A stretch of 64,000 bases of DNA from Ginglymostoma cirratum (taxonomy: Eukaryota), in NCBI GenBank assembly GCA_024137785.1, contig JAHRHZ010000043.1:27041729-27105728 (forward strand), given 5' to 3'. A model generated the notes under the pieces. It saw only the letters and a list, made by a program, of their open reading frames with translations, was not told the origin of the DNA and made no database searches. Shown piece by piece: positions 62,153 to 64,000 of the stretch (positions are counted from its first letter, which is position 1; each line of letters starts with the position of its first letter). The position numbers and the translations under genes were made by a program.

Positions 62153-64000
62153 GCTTAAATCAGATAGAAGTCATGATTTGCTGGATAGTGACTTCGCTGT
62201 GAATTACTAACATCAGTAAGAACATGGTGAGGCTCAACAATGATGCAGTCTATAGTTGAATAATGTGGCAGGCTCACAAACAAAGAATGGCCATTTGTAA
62301 GAGAAATGGAGGGTGTGTGTGGAAAGTAAACCCAAACAAGATTCTTTACCTTCAGTCGAGGAGGGATCACCGAAAGAACACAAAGAAGTAATTAAGCTGT
62401 TTGAAAGAAGTAACCTTTAAAAAAAATCCAAAAGGCATTTTCAATGTAGTAAAAATTTGTTGTGCTTGATGGAAATTATCAATTGTATTACTATTACAGT
62501 TATTGGCAGTTTATTTAAAAGGATAGACAATTTGGCTGACTTTGGAAAAATAATAGAAGTAACCAGCCACCAGCCCCATTCTGTAAGGGTCTATTTTTAC
62601 TTTGGCCTCTCTTTTCCCTTTTTATACACTTAATGAAGCTGTTGCTGTCCATCTTGAGATTTATAAATTTCTTCAAGATTCATAGCTGCTCCACTGCCTA
62701 CATCCATGTGACATCATTATATTGGGCAATACTTAGTGCACCCCACGGCATTAACTCTTTGAGACACTTACACACTTGTACAATATTTCCCCACAAGCAT
62801 TTTCCCATTATTGATATTATACATTAGAGAGTATAATTACATTTACCATTACTCCATCTGCCCCCCATGTCTCAGACTTCACTAAATCAGACAATCTGGA
62901 GATTTCACTGTTCAGCCAGAATACATGATCTTTGAACTTGGAAGACTGGTAGGTCTCTGGGTTGAATTTTTGAGCTGTTCACTTTGACGCTGCTCTGAAC
63001 AGCGTGAGGTCTGTAACTTCCTTTGAAATGGAGAACACTTTATCTCCTGGATTTCCTTCACTGAGGACATCTGATGGAACAGGCAATTGTACTATTGTAT
63101 TATCCAGAGGACTTTTAATCTCAAAAGATTTTGATCATGGAGAAGGATAGCTATACTGGTGAAACTAGTGGGACCTTTTTTTCTGTATCCTGGATCTCTT
63201 GGCCAGGCAATTTCTTCCTTATTTGTGATATCGTGGATCTCCAAACCAGGCAGTTTGTTCCTGGGTGTAACATTAGTCTGTGTACATTGATCATGCCATT
63301 TCAGTTTTGGCTTCCATGGAGTTGCATGCACTACATAATCCATATGAGCAAATCTTTATTTTCAATTTGCCAGTAAACCTGTACATAAGTGTGTAGACTA
63401 TTTACTTCAACTGGTTCATTAGATTAAGCACCTTTTTTTTTGCCGCAGTGATTGCAATTTTGATCAAAACAGCTTATTTTCTTTCTCAATTGTGCTACTG
63501 GAGATTGCATCTCACTTGGCATGATCTCTGTCTTTGGTACTGATGATTTGTCCTGTCAAAATACAGGAATAAAATGCTCCACATGAATTTGTAAGCTTGA
63601 ATCTGTCATTACTGTCTGTCCACCAAGCTGTAGAGTAGTCTGAATTCATCTGTTCAGGATTCATCAATGTGTTCAAATGGGGTATACTGCTCAACTGCTG
63701 TCTTATCATTTATGTTTCCTCACAAATTTTGCTGATTGGAGTTGATAGCTGTGGATAACATTTCTGCCAACCTCGAATAGTCATGGGCTTCGGCCTTGCT
63801 GACAGTATGAAACAAATTTCTTATGCTAAAATAGCTTATCTCAGTAGCTTTTGTCTCCTGTTCCACTATTAATCTAGAAAGTTCTATAAAATCTTCTACT
63901 AGTTACATTTGACTGGCTATTCAGTAGCAAAAATTTTTTTGACCTGTTGTTCCATTGCTGGCTGATCCTTGAACAATGGTAACTTAATTTTAATCAATTT

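Noticed and set aside
162-63709. The many 60-150 aa ORFs in the ORF track as novel genes, and any CRISPR or prokaryotic system
   Set aside because: They fall in repeats or AT-rich intergenic DNA with no splice structure or recognisable domains; no regularly spaced repeat-spacer array or operon-like organisation is present.

Overview
Eukaryotic, repeat-rich vertebrate DNA. The repeat complement (HE1-like V-SINEs, abundant CR1 LINEs, Penelope-like elements) points to a cartilaginous fish, probably a shark (inference). Only two host-gene pieces are recognisable, both on the + strand: the last coding exon of WDR18 (404-532) and the first coding exon of an NMDA-receptor GluN3 subunit (54846-55274). 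The latter is most likely GRIN3B, because WDR18-GRIN3B is the gene order known from mammals. The ~54 kb between them is a nested transposon graveyard: CR1, RTE, L2 and Rex-like LINEs, a Harbinger transposase split by a young near-full-length CR1, a 1.18 kb solo LTR, a MITE and a Gypsy gag relic. The most striking unexplained structure is a set of Penelope-derived repeats from at least four sequence families. They carry minimal type I hammerhead-ribozyme-like cores (CTGANGA...GAAA) with family-specific stems. Several occur as short fold-back insertions with target-site duplications, some with a core on each strand. All calls come from reading and hand translation; no database search or folding program was run, and repeat boundaries are approximate.
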